From contig NC_086108.1 of assembly GCF_963921235.1 (NCBI RefSeq), positions 91,390,001 to 91,454,000 of the forward strand: 64,000 nt of DNA, read 5' to 3'. This DNA is from Mobula hypostoma (taxonomy: Eukaryota). How positions within the stretch are numbered: position 1 is the stretch's first letter; each line of letters starts with the position of its first letter. The translations under genes and the position numbers were made by a program. The notes under the pieces were generated by a model. The model saw only the letters and a program-made list of their open reading frames with translations. It was not told where the DNA came from and did not search any database. Shown piece by piece: positions 47,484-56,999 of this stretch.

Positions 47484-48800
47484 CAGACATCCCATCCTGC
47501 AAAGACTCATTTCAGGGAGGTATCATTACCATTCCAGGGAGGTAGCACTCCCCCCGCCCCCGGAAACACCACATCCCCACCCCCACCCCGCCCGTCGACC
47601 TCCAAGGGTGTATGTAATACTTTGTTTAGTGATTTTGTCTAATCTGTAAACCAAGTTGGATATATGCAGCAAATGTGACATTAAACTATGTGCTTATATT
47701 ATATTATATTATCATGTTTATTCTATTACAACTTTAAGCAAGTCTACAGGGAGTTTGGCCTCATCACGTAGGACATCAATAGCGTAGCTCCTTAGCAGCT
47801 AGCCAGCTAGTTTAAATAACGTTAGCTATGCTGTAATGACACCTGTTAAACTCACCTCAACATGTCTTTTACATTTTAACCCACCATGGGCAAGAGAAAA
47901 GTCACTGTTGCAAACAGTGCAGCGAGCAACACTGTCATTATTTTTGAGGTCGACTGTAAAGCCTGCCCACAGAGAAAACTGATAGGTGTACTTAGCAGGG
48001 GTCCAAAAAAAAGAAAATATAAAACGTATGTCACCCCAGACTACACTAAAGTGTACCCCTGCCTAATAGAGGTCAAAAATAATGACAGTGTTGCTCACTG
48101 CACTGTTTGCAACAGTGACTTTTCTATTGCCCATGGTGGGTTAAGACTGTAAAAGACATGTTGAGGTGAGTTTAACAGTTGTCATTCGTTCATTAGCATA
48201 GCTAACGTTATTTAAACTAGCTAGCCAGCTGCTAAGGAGCTACTCTATTGCAGACATCCCACCTCTCCCAGAAGTCTCCCGCAAATTGATGGTGCTACCT
48301 CCCTGAAATGAGTTTTTGCAGGGTGGGATGTCTGCGATATGATGTTGGAAATGGAAGCAACGTTTTCAGTGCTTTCATGGCTATCTCAGGATATTTAGCC
48401 TTGACTTTGATCCAGAATGTTAGCAGAGATTGTTATGTCAAACAAACTTTTCAGCCCGCCGTCATTTACAAGCTCGAGGAGTTGATCTCCTTCCCGCGCT
48501 GATGCAGATGACGTGTGGGTAATGACCTCGCGTGCGTTCAAATTCAACAGTGTGTCACAGGGAATGAGGAAAGGTGCAAATGACTCATATCGTTTCATAT
48601 CGCCAAATCATATTGTGTCCTCGCGGCCCAGTGTTTGGGGACCATTCTTAGCACAAAGGGAGACCAATCAGGATGCTCGCTTTCCCTCTCCCTCTCAAAA
48701 AAATCTATTTCTGGGATATTGTATGTAATTTCTGGGCATCAGGGAGCCACTATCGATATGCAGGAGACTCCCGGATCTTCCGGGAGAGGTGGGATGTCTG
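47484..48800 (+). mobile_element. Non-autonomous hAT-like DNA transposon with 6-bp TSD
   Basis: GAAGGT|CAGACATCCCA...TGGGATGTCTG|GAAGGT; internal zinc-finger remnant AHCTVCNSDFSIAHGG/DCKRH followed by GTGAGT. Confidence 0.85.
48251..48334 (-). mobile_element. 84-bp mini-copy of the enclosing transposon, opposite orientation
   Basis: Left part is the reverse complement of the host right end; right part is the reverse complement of the host left end. Confidence 0.88.
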
Positions 48801-49462
48801 GAAGGTTTCCAGGGCGCAGGCCTGGGCAAGGTTGTATGGAAGACCAGTAGTTGCCCATGCTGCAAATCTCCCCTCTCCATGTCACCAATGTTGTCCAAGG
48901 GAAGGGCACTAGGGCCGATACAGCTTGGCACCGGTGTCGTCGCAGAGCAATGTGTGGTTAAGTGCCTTGCGCAAAGACACAACACGTTGCCTCTGCTGAG
49001 GCTCAAACTAGCGACCTTCAGATCATTAGTCCGATGCCTTAAGCACTTGGACACGCACCAACACTGTAGACTGCACATAATGGGGAAAGAAATTGGCTTG
49101 AGTTTGAAGTTGGCAACAGGTTGTTGGATACTCCATGCTCCATAGCAGCCAGCGCCATAGGGAGCTGCTACATCAAACTGGAAGCCGATAAGGCCTGGAG
49201 GCCTCAAACCACTCAGCTTGAGGGTTGATCATTGGGTCTGACAGGCATGGGGTTCACAGTTGGAGGAGGTGGGGGTGTTGTTGTGGATGTAGAATGCAAT
49301 AATACCAACTGAGGTGAACGTCACCCTGCAGCTCACAGAAATATTTGTGGACTGAGAGAAGTCGGGATATGGCAGAAGAGCATGGGTGAAACATACCTCT
49401 TTGTCCCGGAGGTAGATAAACTACTTTTCCTGGGCGACTACAGTGCTAGGTTTGGAAAAGAC

Positions 49463-49647
49463 CCAGAGATGCGCGACACTATGGATGCGGGAATCAGCAA
49501 ATAGTTTGCTGGAGGAACTCAGTCCTGTTCCAGAGTTTCGACCCAAAACATTGAATTTCATTTCATTTCTGCCATCTGTAACCACCCCCCCCCCTCCCTT
49601 CCACAGATCACAGATGCTGCTCCATCTGCAAACCAGCAAATTGTTGC
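49463..49647. mobile_element. PLE-derived insert with oppositely oriented pLTR pieces
   Basis: TGCTGGAGGAACTCA then AGTCCTG...CCCAAAACATTG...ACAGATGCTGC; TTTGGAAAAGAC at 49451-49462 and 49648-49659. Confidence 0.78.
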
Positions 49648-49714
49648 TTTGGAAAAGACATATATTTGTGGAAAGAAAAGACTGACAAGGAGGGAATAAG
49701 AAAAACTAATCTAG

Positions 49715-50450
49715 TGCCTCTTCCTCTTGACAAAATGTGTGGAGCATGAGCTTGTCATAAGCAACAACTTGTTTTGTCAGAGATAAGCAACACCCTAAAT
49801 CCAAGGACCAGCATTACATTAAGACATTGTCTGTGTTAATGTGGGTACCAGTGACTTCTTAACTGACCACAACCAAATCTGATCTGTATCGACATCTACA
49901 TTTAAAACAATGGCAGCAGTAGAAAACCTGCTGCTAGACTCAGTGTCAAAGGTCTCAAGGATGCTGCAAGGACACCTATTCTCCAACAGCACCTCTTGGG
50001 TAACCTGATACTTTCCAACCAAGTTTATCACCTGTAAAGATTGGTTTCTCCACCAGAAAACTCTGAGACTAATGTGATTAGACCGAGCAGTTAATGAACC
50101 ACAATTATGAGAACTTCTCGAATTGGAAACTCCAAATTGTGTCAATGAAAGAAAGAAAGAGATGTATAGTATTTGAAGACCAAGGTCCACCAAAAACAGC
50201 AACCTAAAGGTGGATGGAGTGCAAGAGATACCTTGACATAATGTTTCTGTTGTACTGTTGGGGCCCAAACACATAAAGGTGTCTCATGCTGAGAAAAAAA
50301 GAAGGAAGCAAATTTATCAAGAATGGAAAAGTAGTCAAGAGCAATCTGAAGAACTCCTCAAGCAAAGCTCTGTCTTTGACACAGGCATCTTTGACTTCAT
50401 CCTTCAGAACAGCTTTCAGTAAATTCTTGCAGGCACCGTAGACTGACAAG
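49715..50450 (+). pseudogene. Ancient RTE-clade LINE ORF fragment (endonuclease C-terminus and linker)
   Basis: Plus-strand remnants LLTKCVEHELVISNNLFCQRDK, DFLTDHNQI, ARLSVKGLKD and GFSTRK resemble RTE ORF motifs. Confidence 0.7.
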
Positions 50451-50744
50451 ATTGTTATGTTTTGTAGCTCTGAAGAATAAAAACTAAATAAAAGAAAAAT
50501 ATGGATCTGGGAGATAACTTTGTTTTACTTTAGTGAAGTGGACACATATGATGTGGCAGTGTCATAAAGTATGCAATTCACCTATTTTTACATATGAATT
50601 ATTTAAATGAACAAGAATGCAGAAACAATATTTTCACAATATTACTCACATATTATTGAAATATTAAATACACAACTCTCCTCCTTGCTTAGCTATGAAC
50701 TACAACTCAACATCAACTGCATCTCAACTTATATACGTTCATAC

Positions 50745-50965
50745 CTCGGCCATTAGGCTCTATAATGAGTCAACCCATAGCCGGGAAAGTGCCGATCCCT
50801 TCCTATTAGACTGTTTGAGATAACTTATTTTTTATTCTTTCTTACCTCTCTTCTAACATTTGTATATTTGTATATCTGTGCACTTGTAATGCTACTGTAA
50901 CACTGTAATTTCCTTTGGGGGATCAATAAAGTATCTCTCTATCTATCTACATATATATATATATA
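50745..50965 (+). mobile_element. Rex1/Babar 3' end with TATC/TA tail
   Basis: GCCATTAGGCTCTATAATGAGTCAACC matches the end of the 51607-52815 copy. Confidence 0.75.
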
Positions 50966-51606
50966 TACTATATAATACAACTACTATACAGACATCCACA
51001 GCATAGAAAATTTAAGTTGTCCCATTCAGGCCTAAGGATTTAATTGCTGCGAAGACTTTCTTTCTCCTGTGGGATAACATCTTTCCTGACTGAGGTTGGG
51101 GGAGGGGGTCACTCTGCTTGGCAGGTGAGACTTGTTGCTATGAAACAAACTCAGGTTCTGGGGTCTCCTTCATGATGGTTGTAGGAGTTGACTCTGGGAC
51201 TGCAGAAAGTGGTTCTGACAGCTCTGGATACCTTTCTTCTGGACATGTAGACATCCCAAACAGTGCATGGCTTCATTGGATGATGTAAATCATAATATAT
51301 GAGTACAGTGTCTGATATAACATTTCCTTTATCTTTTGGAAAGCCACCTCACACTGCTTTGCCCATTGCCATTTCTTCCCAATCTGCAGTAATGAGTTCA
51401 AGGGTTGAGCAGGAACCTGTTATAGTAATTGACATATTCCTAAAAGGACCACAACTTTGGCACATCTTTTTGCCTTGGGGATATCTACAATTATTTGAAT
51501 TTTCTCAACACCCTTGTATAATTCTTGTGCATCAATGATGTAACCACAGTAAGAGATATTTAGTTTTAAAAATTCACACTTGTTCAGTCATGCTCTGAGC
51601 CCAAAA

Positions 51607-52815
51607 TCTTCCCCAGCTATAGGTTGATTCATTATAGAGACGAATGGCCAAGGGTAAGAATGACCTCATATAGCATTGTTTGCAGCAGCACAGTTGTTTT
51701 AATCTATTACTAAAAGTGCTCCTCTGTTCAGCAAAAGTGGCATGCAGAGGGTGAGAAACGTTGTCCAGAGTTGCCAGGACTTTCCGTATGGTTCTTTGTT
51801 CTACCACAGCTTGCAGTGTGTCCAGTTTCACTCCTATATCAGAGCCAGCCTTTCTATTCAGTGTACTGAACTTGTTGGCATCACCCATGTTGATGCCTTT
51901 GCCTCAGCACACCAACGCATAGAAGATTTTACTGGTGACAACAGACTGGTAGAACATGTGAAGGAGAGGCCTGCATACTCCAATGGACCTCAGTCTCCTC
52001 AGGAAGTAGAGGCGACTTTGGCCCTTCTTGTACATAGCCTCTGCGTTGGAGCTCCATTCAAGTCTGTTATCCAGGTGCAACCCTAGGTACTTGTAGGTCC
52101 TCACCACATCCATGTCCTCACCATCAATAGTAACAAGGAGCAATGAAGGTTTAGTCTTTCTAAAGCCATCACCATCTCCTTTGTCTTACTAATGTTGAGT
52201 TGCAGATAATTCAGCTTGCACCATTTGACACCATTTGTCTTCCACCAGGGCCCTGTATTCATCCTCCTGTCCTCCCTTTATACATCTAACTATTGCTGAG
52301 TCATCAGAGAGTTTCTGCAAATGACATGACTCAGTGTTGTATCTAAAGTCCGAGGTACACAGGGTAACAGGAAGGGAGCCAATACAGTCCCCTGTGGGGG
52401 CCCAGTGCTGTTTATAGCCATGTCTGACAAACAGCTCTGAAGAAGCACAAACTGCGGTCTGCCGGGCAGGTAGTCCATTATCCAGGATACAATGGAAATG
52501 CCCCAAACTGCATTGAGCGGAGCTTTTACTCCAGCAATGAAGGTTGTATAGTATTGAAGGCAGTAGAGAAATCAAAAAAACATGATCGTCACAGTGCTGC
52601 CCTGTTTATTCAAATGGGAGTAGGCTCTGTTCGGCAGGTAGATGACAGCATCATCAACTCCAATCTGCTCCTGTAGGCAAACTGCAGGGGATCGAGGGCT
52701 GATCTGACCAGGGGTCAGAGGTGAGCCAGGACCAGTCTCTTTAGGCTCTTCATGATGTGTGAGGTCAAGGCCACCGGACAGTTGTCATTAAAGACTTTCA
52801 GTTGCCTTTCTTGGT
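51607..52815 (-). mobile_element. Rex1/Babar RT fragment inside the Gypsy relic
   Basis: DYLPGRPQFV...TGPPQGTVLAPFL, QKLSDDSAIV, YKYLGLHLDNRLEWS...QSRLYFLRRLRS. Confidence 0.93.
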
Positions 52816-53710
52816 AGCACTGAGTGCCTGGACAGCCTTACAGTACCTGGTCCATAGATTTCTGCCAGAGTGCAGATGCAGTTGCTACTTGAAAAGTAAG
52901 CCTATTATAGCGATGAAGTTCTCTGTGAGTGTTTAATGTAGGAAGGACTCTTCTTCCATCTCCAATTGTAGGTAGGCTTCAGCTAAGTCCACTTTGCTGA
53001 AGTGTTTTCTTCCAGAAATATTTGCAAAGATATCCTCTATACTAGGCAGAGGGTATTGATCCATAATCAGTACTGGATTACTGGTGACCATAAAATCACC
53101 ATAGATCCTAGCAGACCTATTGTTCTGGCTACTGGGATCATTGGCATTGCCAATGGGCTCCACTCACACCTGGAAAGAATTATTTCAGTCTCCATGCAAT
53201 CTAGCTCACTGGCTACTCTATCATGGATGGTATAAGGAGCTGGACAGACTTTACAAAACTTGGATATGGCATTTTCATTTAACACTTCTTCTTCTTCCTA
53301 TGTTTGAGTTTTCCACTGTCATCATTGAACATTCCTGTGGTAACATCCAATAACTTTAATTCAATTTCAGTTCACTCTGTTACAGGGATTGTGGTATGTA
53401 AATGGTGGATGGATCTCCAATCAAATTGTTATTGTCTCAGCCACTCACAACTCCACAATGTTGGCCCTCTTTTCTTTAACCACATGCAAGTCCAATGTGT
53501 TTGTTGGTTGGTGTATTTCACTGCTATAAATGTCATTCCAACAGGAGTTAATTTTTCTCCAGCATATGTTGTTAGTTGGATATCTGTAGGCTTCAGTTCA
53601 GTATCTTTGAAACAACTTTCAAACTCATATTGTGGAATGACTGAAACAGCCAAGCCAGTGTCCAATTCCATTTTAATTAATTTATCATTCACTTCTGCCA
53701 TAGGCCATAT

Positions 53711-53828
53711 TGAAGGGTCTCGGCCCAAAACATCAACTGTACACTTTTTCATGCCTAGCCTGCTGAGTTCCTCCAGCATTTTGTGTGTGTTGCTTGGATT
53801 TCCAGCATCTACATACTTTCTCTTGGTT
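53711..53828 (+). mobile_element. Penelope-like pLTR fragment inside the Gypsy relic
   Basis: TGAAGGGTCTCGGCCCAAAACATCAACTG...GCCTGCTGAGTTCCTCCAGCATTTTGTGTGTG. Confidence 0.85.
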
Positions 53829-54721
53829 TTGCTTATCTATTGGTAGTTTCACATTGTGAATCTCAAGTCTATCCAGTCCAGTATCACTCTCATCATTATC
53901 AGATTTTTCATCAACAGCATGCAGATTAGTGGTCTTTCTGAAGCTGCAACTTTTAATCTTTTTCTCTTCCCTGTGCAGTCCACTTATTTTTGTCTGCTCA
54001 ACATGCTCTTTGTTATATATCCTACTAATTCTTTTTTTGCAAGTTTCACACTGGAGGAATATTGTATCATTTCTTAATGCATGCATTACTAAATGACAAT
54101 AAAAGAGGACTGCGTGTCCTTATAATCTAAATCTAAATCTAAGATGTCGAAAAGACTAAACTGAGTAACCAAAAGATGAGTCCTCTGCTGAAGGTCCAAA
54201 ACATGGAAGAGAGGTATAAACATCACCATGAACTACAAAACCAAGTATCTTCTTCTAGTGCCATAGTTTATATAATCTTACTTGTGACAGAATATCATGA
54301 GAAAAATAACCATCCATTGTTTCTTCAGCCAGCTAGCTCACTCTTTTATTTGCATTAATATCGGTGTAATATCAGATGAGATTTGCATATTGAAGGATAA
54401 ACAACTTTATTCATCAGTAGCATAAAGGTCATTATAAATTAATGTTTCTTGAATATGGGAAAACTAACCAACCTTTTAACCTACACTAAGATTAATCTCC
54501 AACATTAATTTAACCATGGCTATCTTATAACTCTCAAGAGCCCCATCTAATCCTTGCTTCTTAAACCTTAACTATCCTTCCCTCATCTTGTGTAGATGTT
54601 CCACTTCTCTTGTCAACCTGCCATCCTTTCTCTGCCACATGACACAATCCTTTCCAGAGCCTCATGCAGCTGCTCCCTAAACAACCTCCACATTTCCACA
54701 GAATTAAAGGAAAACCTTTTG

Positions 54722-54815
54722 CTAAAGGGCCTTCAACCTGAAATGTAGACTATTCTTCTCTTTCACAGATACTGCCTGGCATGTTGAGTTCTTCCAGCAT
54801 TTCTGTTTTTGTTGC
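54722..54815 (+). mobile_element. Degraded Penelope-like pLTR fragment
   Basis: AAGGGCCTTCAACCTGAAATGTAGACT...GATACTGCCTGG...GAGTTCTTCCAGCATTT. Confidence 0.7.
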
Positions 54816-55500
54816 ATTTGGAAGAATTTCCATCTCTGAACAAATACAAGAGCTGTATATGCATGCCTGAAAGAAAACCCAGTAAGAAAAGCAAGTGATG
54901 AATACGAAGGATATGCGAACTTCAAGCCAAATAACAGTGAGCCTTTAATACAGCAACCAGCTAGGAAGTAGAGTCATAGTCTAACAGAAAACATTTAAAT
55001 CCTGGGTTTTGAGTATTTTGGTATTCAACTATTCATGTGCTCAGAGAAATTTCTGGATATGTTTACTGTAGAAATTTTTAAAATGTAGTATTCTATAAGG
55101 CCATAAGAGTTAGAAACAGAATTAGGCCATTTGTCCTATCGATCTGCTCCATCATTCTATCATGGCTGCTTTATTATTACCCTTAATCACATTCTCCTGC
55201 CTCCTCCCCATAACCTTATTAATCAAGAACCTATCAAGAATTAGCATCCACAGCTGTCTGTTACAATGAATTCTACAGATTCACCACCCTCTGGTTAAAG
55301 AAATTCCTCCTCATCTCTGTCCTAAAGGGATGTCCTTCTATTCAGAGACTGTACCCTCTAGTCCAAGGCAGCCACTTTAGGGAACATCCTTTCCACATCC
55401 ACGCAACATGAGGAAATCTGCAGATGCTGGAATTTCAAGCAACACACGTAAAAATTGCTGGTGAATGCAGCAGGCCAGGCAGCAACTATAGGAAGAGGTA

Positions 55501-55538
55501 CAGTCGATGTTTCGAGCTGAGAACCTTCGTCAGGACTA
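55501..55538 (-). ncRNA. Minimal type I hammerhead ribozyme, partly decayed copy
   Basis: TAGTC-CTGACGA-AGGTTCTCAGCTC-GAAA-CATC-GACTG; stem II weakened, ACGT palindrome mutated. Confidence 0.65.
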
Positions 55539-56047
55539 ACTGAAAGAAGAGATAGTAAGAGATTTGAAAGCGGGAGGGGGAGATCCAAAATGATAGGAGA
55601 AGACAAGAAGTGGGGGGATGGAGCTGAGAGCTGGACAGGTGATTGGCAAAAGGGATATGAGAAGATCATGGGACAAGAGGCCTAGGGAAAAAGAAAGGGG
55701 GAAGGAGAAGCCCAGAGGATTGGCAAGGAGTATTGTGAGAGGGACAGAGGGAGAAAAAGGAGAGAGAGATAGAAAGAAAGAAAGAAATAACGGGTGGGGT
55801 ACAAAGGGGAGGTGGGGTATTAGCGGAAGATAGAGAAGCCAATGTTCATGCCGTCAGGTTGGGGGCTACCCAGATGGAATATAAGGTTCCTCCAACCTGA
55901 GTGTGGCTTCATCTTGACAATAAAGGAGGCGTGGGTAGACATATCAGAATGGGAATGGGACGTGGAATTAAAATGTGTGGCCACTGGGAGATCTTGCTTT
56001 CTCTGGCAGACAGAGCAGACAAATCTCTTACTATCTCTTCTTTCAGT

Positions 56048-56085
56048 TAGTCCTGACGAAGGGTCTTGGCCCGAAACGTCGACTG
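56048..56085 (+). ncRNA. Minimal type I hammerhead ribozyme, intact core
   Basis: TAGTC-CTGACGA-A-GGGTCTTGGCCC-GAAA-CGTC-GACTG: stem I, both catalytic boxes, stem II and GUC site present. Confidence 0.85.
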
Positions 56086-56574
56086 TACCTCTTCCTAGAG
56101 ATGCTGCCTGCTCTCCACATCCACTCTATCTCTGCTTTTCAAAATTTGATACGTTTCAATGAAATTCTCCCCTCATTTTTCTAAACTTTGGAGTACAGGT
56201 CGAAAGCTATCACGTCCTCCTCAAAAGTTAACACTTTCATTCCTGGGACCATTCTCCTGAACCTTCTCTGGACCTTTTCCAATTCCAGCACATCTTTTCT
56301 TAGACAAGGGACCAGATTTCTAATCCACCTGCCAGAAAATCACTAACTATCTGCTTTAGTAAAGGAAAATTGAGATACCTGAAGCCCAACCTACCACAAA
56401 AAAATTAATTCACAGTAGCTATTGAGTAGTAGGTACAGTCTGTTATAGGAATGATGTCATCAAACTGCAGAGTGTGAGTAGTTACTTGTTAAGCTGAGGA
56501 AGTGTGAGGCTTAAAAAGGGCTTGGGGCCTTTCAGTGTGCTGCAATCATAATGATCATATATCCAATGTATTTA

Positions 56575-56985
56575 AGGAATATAAGGACAAAGATGTAATG
56601 CTGAGCTTTATAAGTCATTGGTCAGACCACAATTGGAGTATTGTGTGCAGATTTGGGCCACTTATCCAAGATGTTTCCTTTAGTGGGTGAGTCTAGGACC
56701 AGAGGGCACAGCCTCAGAATAGAGGAACATCCATTTAGAACAGAGATGAAAAGGAATTTCTTTAGCCAGGGGGTGGCAAATCTGTGGAGTTTGTTGCCAC
56801 AAACAGCCATGGAGAAATTCACTGGGTGTATTTAAAGCGGAGGTTGATAGTAAGTGTATCATAAATTACAGGAAGAACAAAGGAGAATGGTGTTGAAAGG
56901 GATAATAAATCAGCCTTGATGGAACAGCGGAGCAGTCTTGATGAGCTGATTGGCCTAATTCTGCTCCTATGTCTTATGATCTTGT
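56575..56985 (+). mobile_element. CR1 3' fragment with internal deletion
   Basis: LVRPQLEYCVQIW joined directly to MFPLVGESRTRGHSLRIE. Confidence 0.9.
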
Positions 56986-56999
56986 TTTATGGATCTATT

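Larger units (their letters stand above)
47428..49063 (-). mobile_element. CORE-like tRNA SINE split by a DNA transposon (47428-47483 and 48801-49063)
   Basis: Reverse strand: tRNA-like head, CORE-like GTGTCTTTGCGCAAGGCACTTAACC, tail CCATGGTCTCGAGAGACTAACGGATGCC plus A-run. Confidence 0.75.
50453..54265 (-). mobile_element. Heavily deleted Ty3/Gypsy element (3' LTR about 50453-50677, PPT, RT and protease remnants)
   Basis: IKMELDTGLAVSVI protease; RIYGDF...DQYPLPSIEDIFA...[14 protein letters not shown]; purine tract AAGCAAGGAGGAGA next to the LTR. Confidence 0.82.
55403..56110 (-). mobile_element. Penelope-like element 3' portion with inverted 5' pLTR and 14-bp TSD
   Basis: GIY-YIG C-terminal remnant DLPVATHFNSTSHSHSDM...LIFHLGSPQPDGMNI at 55820-56020; pLTR on minus 55403-55566 and on plus 56020-56110; CT(T/C)TCCACATCCAC at 55389-55402 and 56111-56124. 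Confidence 0.92.
55095..56315 (-). mobile_element. CR1 3' fragment split by a PLE insertion
   Basis: CR1 sequence stops at 55402 and resumes at 56111. Confidence 0.88.

Noticed and set aside
47017..47649. 210-aa ORF as a host gene
   Set aside because: Runs across unique DNA, a SINE tail and a transposon end; no recognisable domain; non-ATG start
48990..49063. tRNA gene
   Set aside because: tRNA-derived SINE head that continues into a CORE-like body; no complete cloverleaf
49819..50449. Two minus-strand ORFs (151 and 81 aa)
   Set aside because: Antisense to a decayed RTE ORF whose motifs are on the plus strand
53304..53846. 180-aa plus-strand ORF
   Set aside because: Antisense to the Gypsy protease region and crosses a PLE insert
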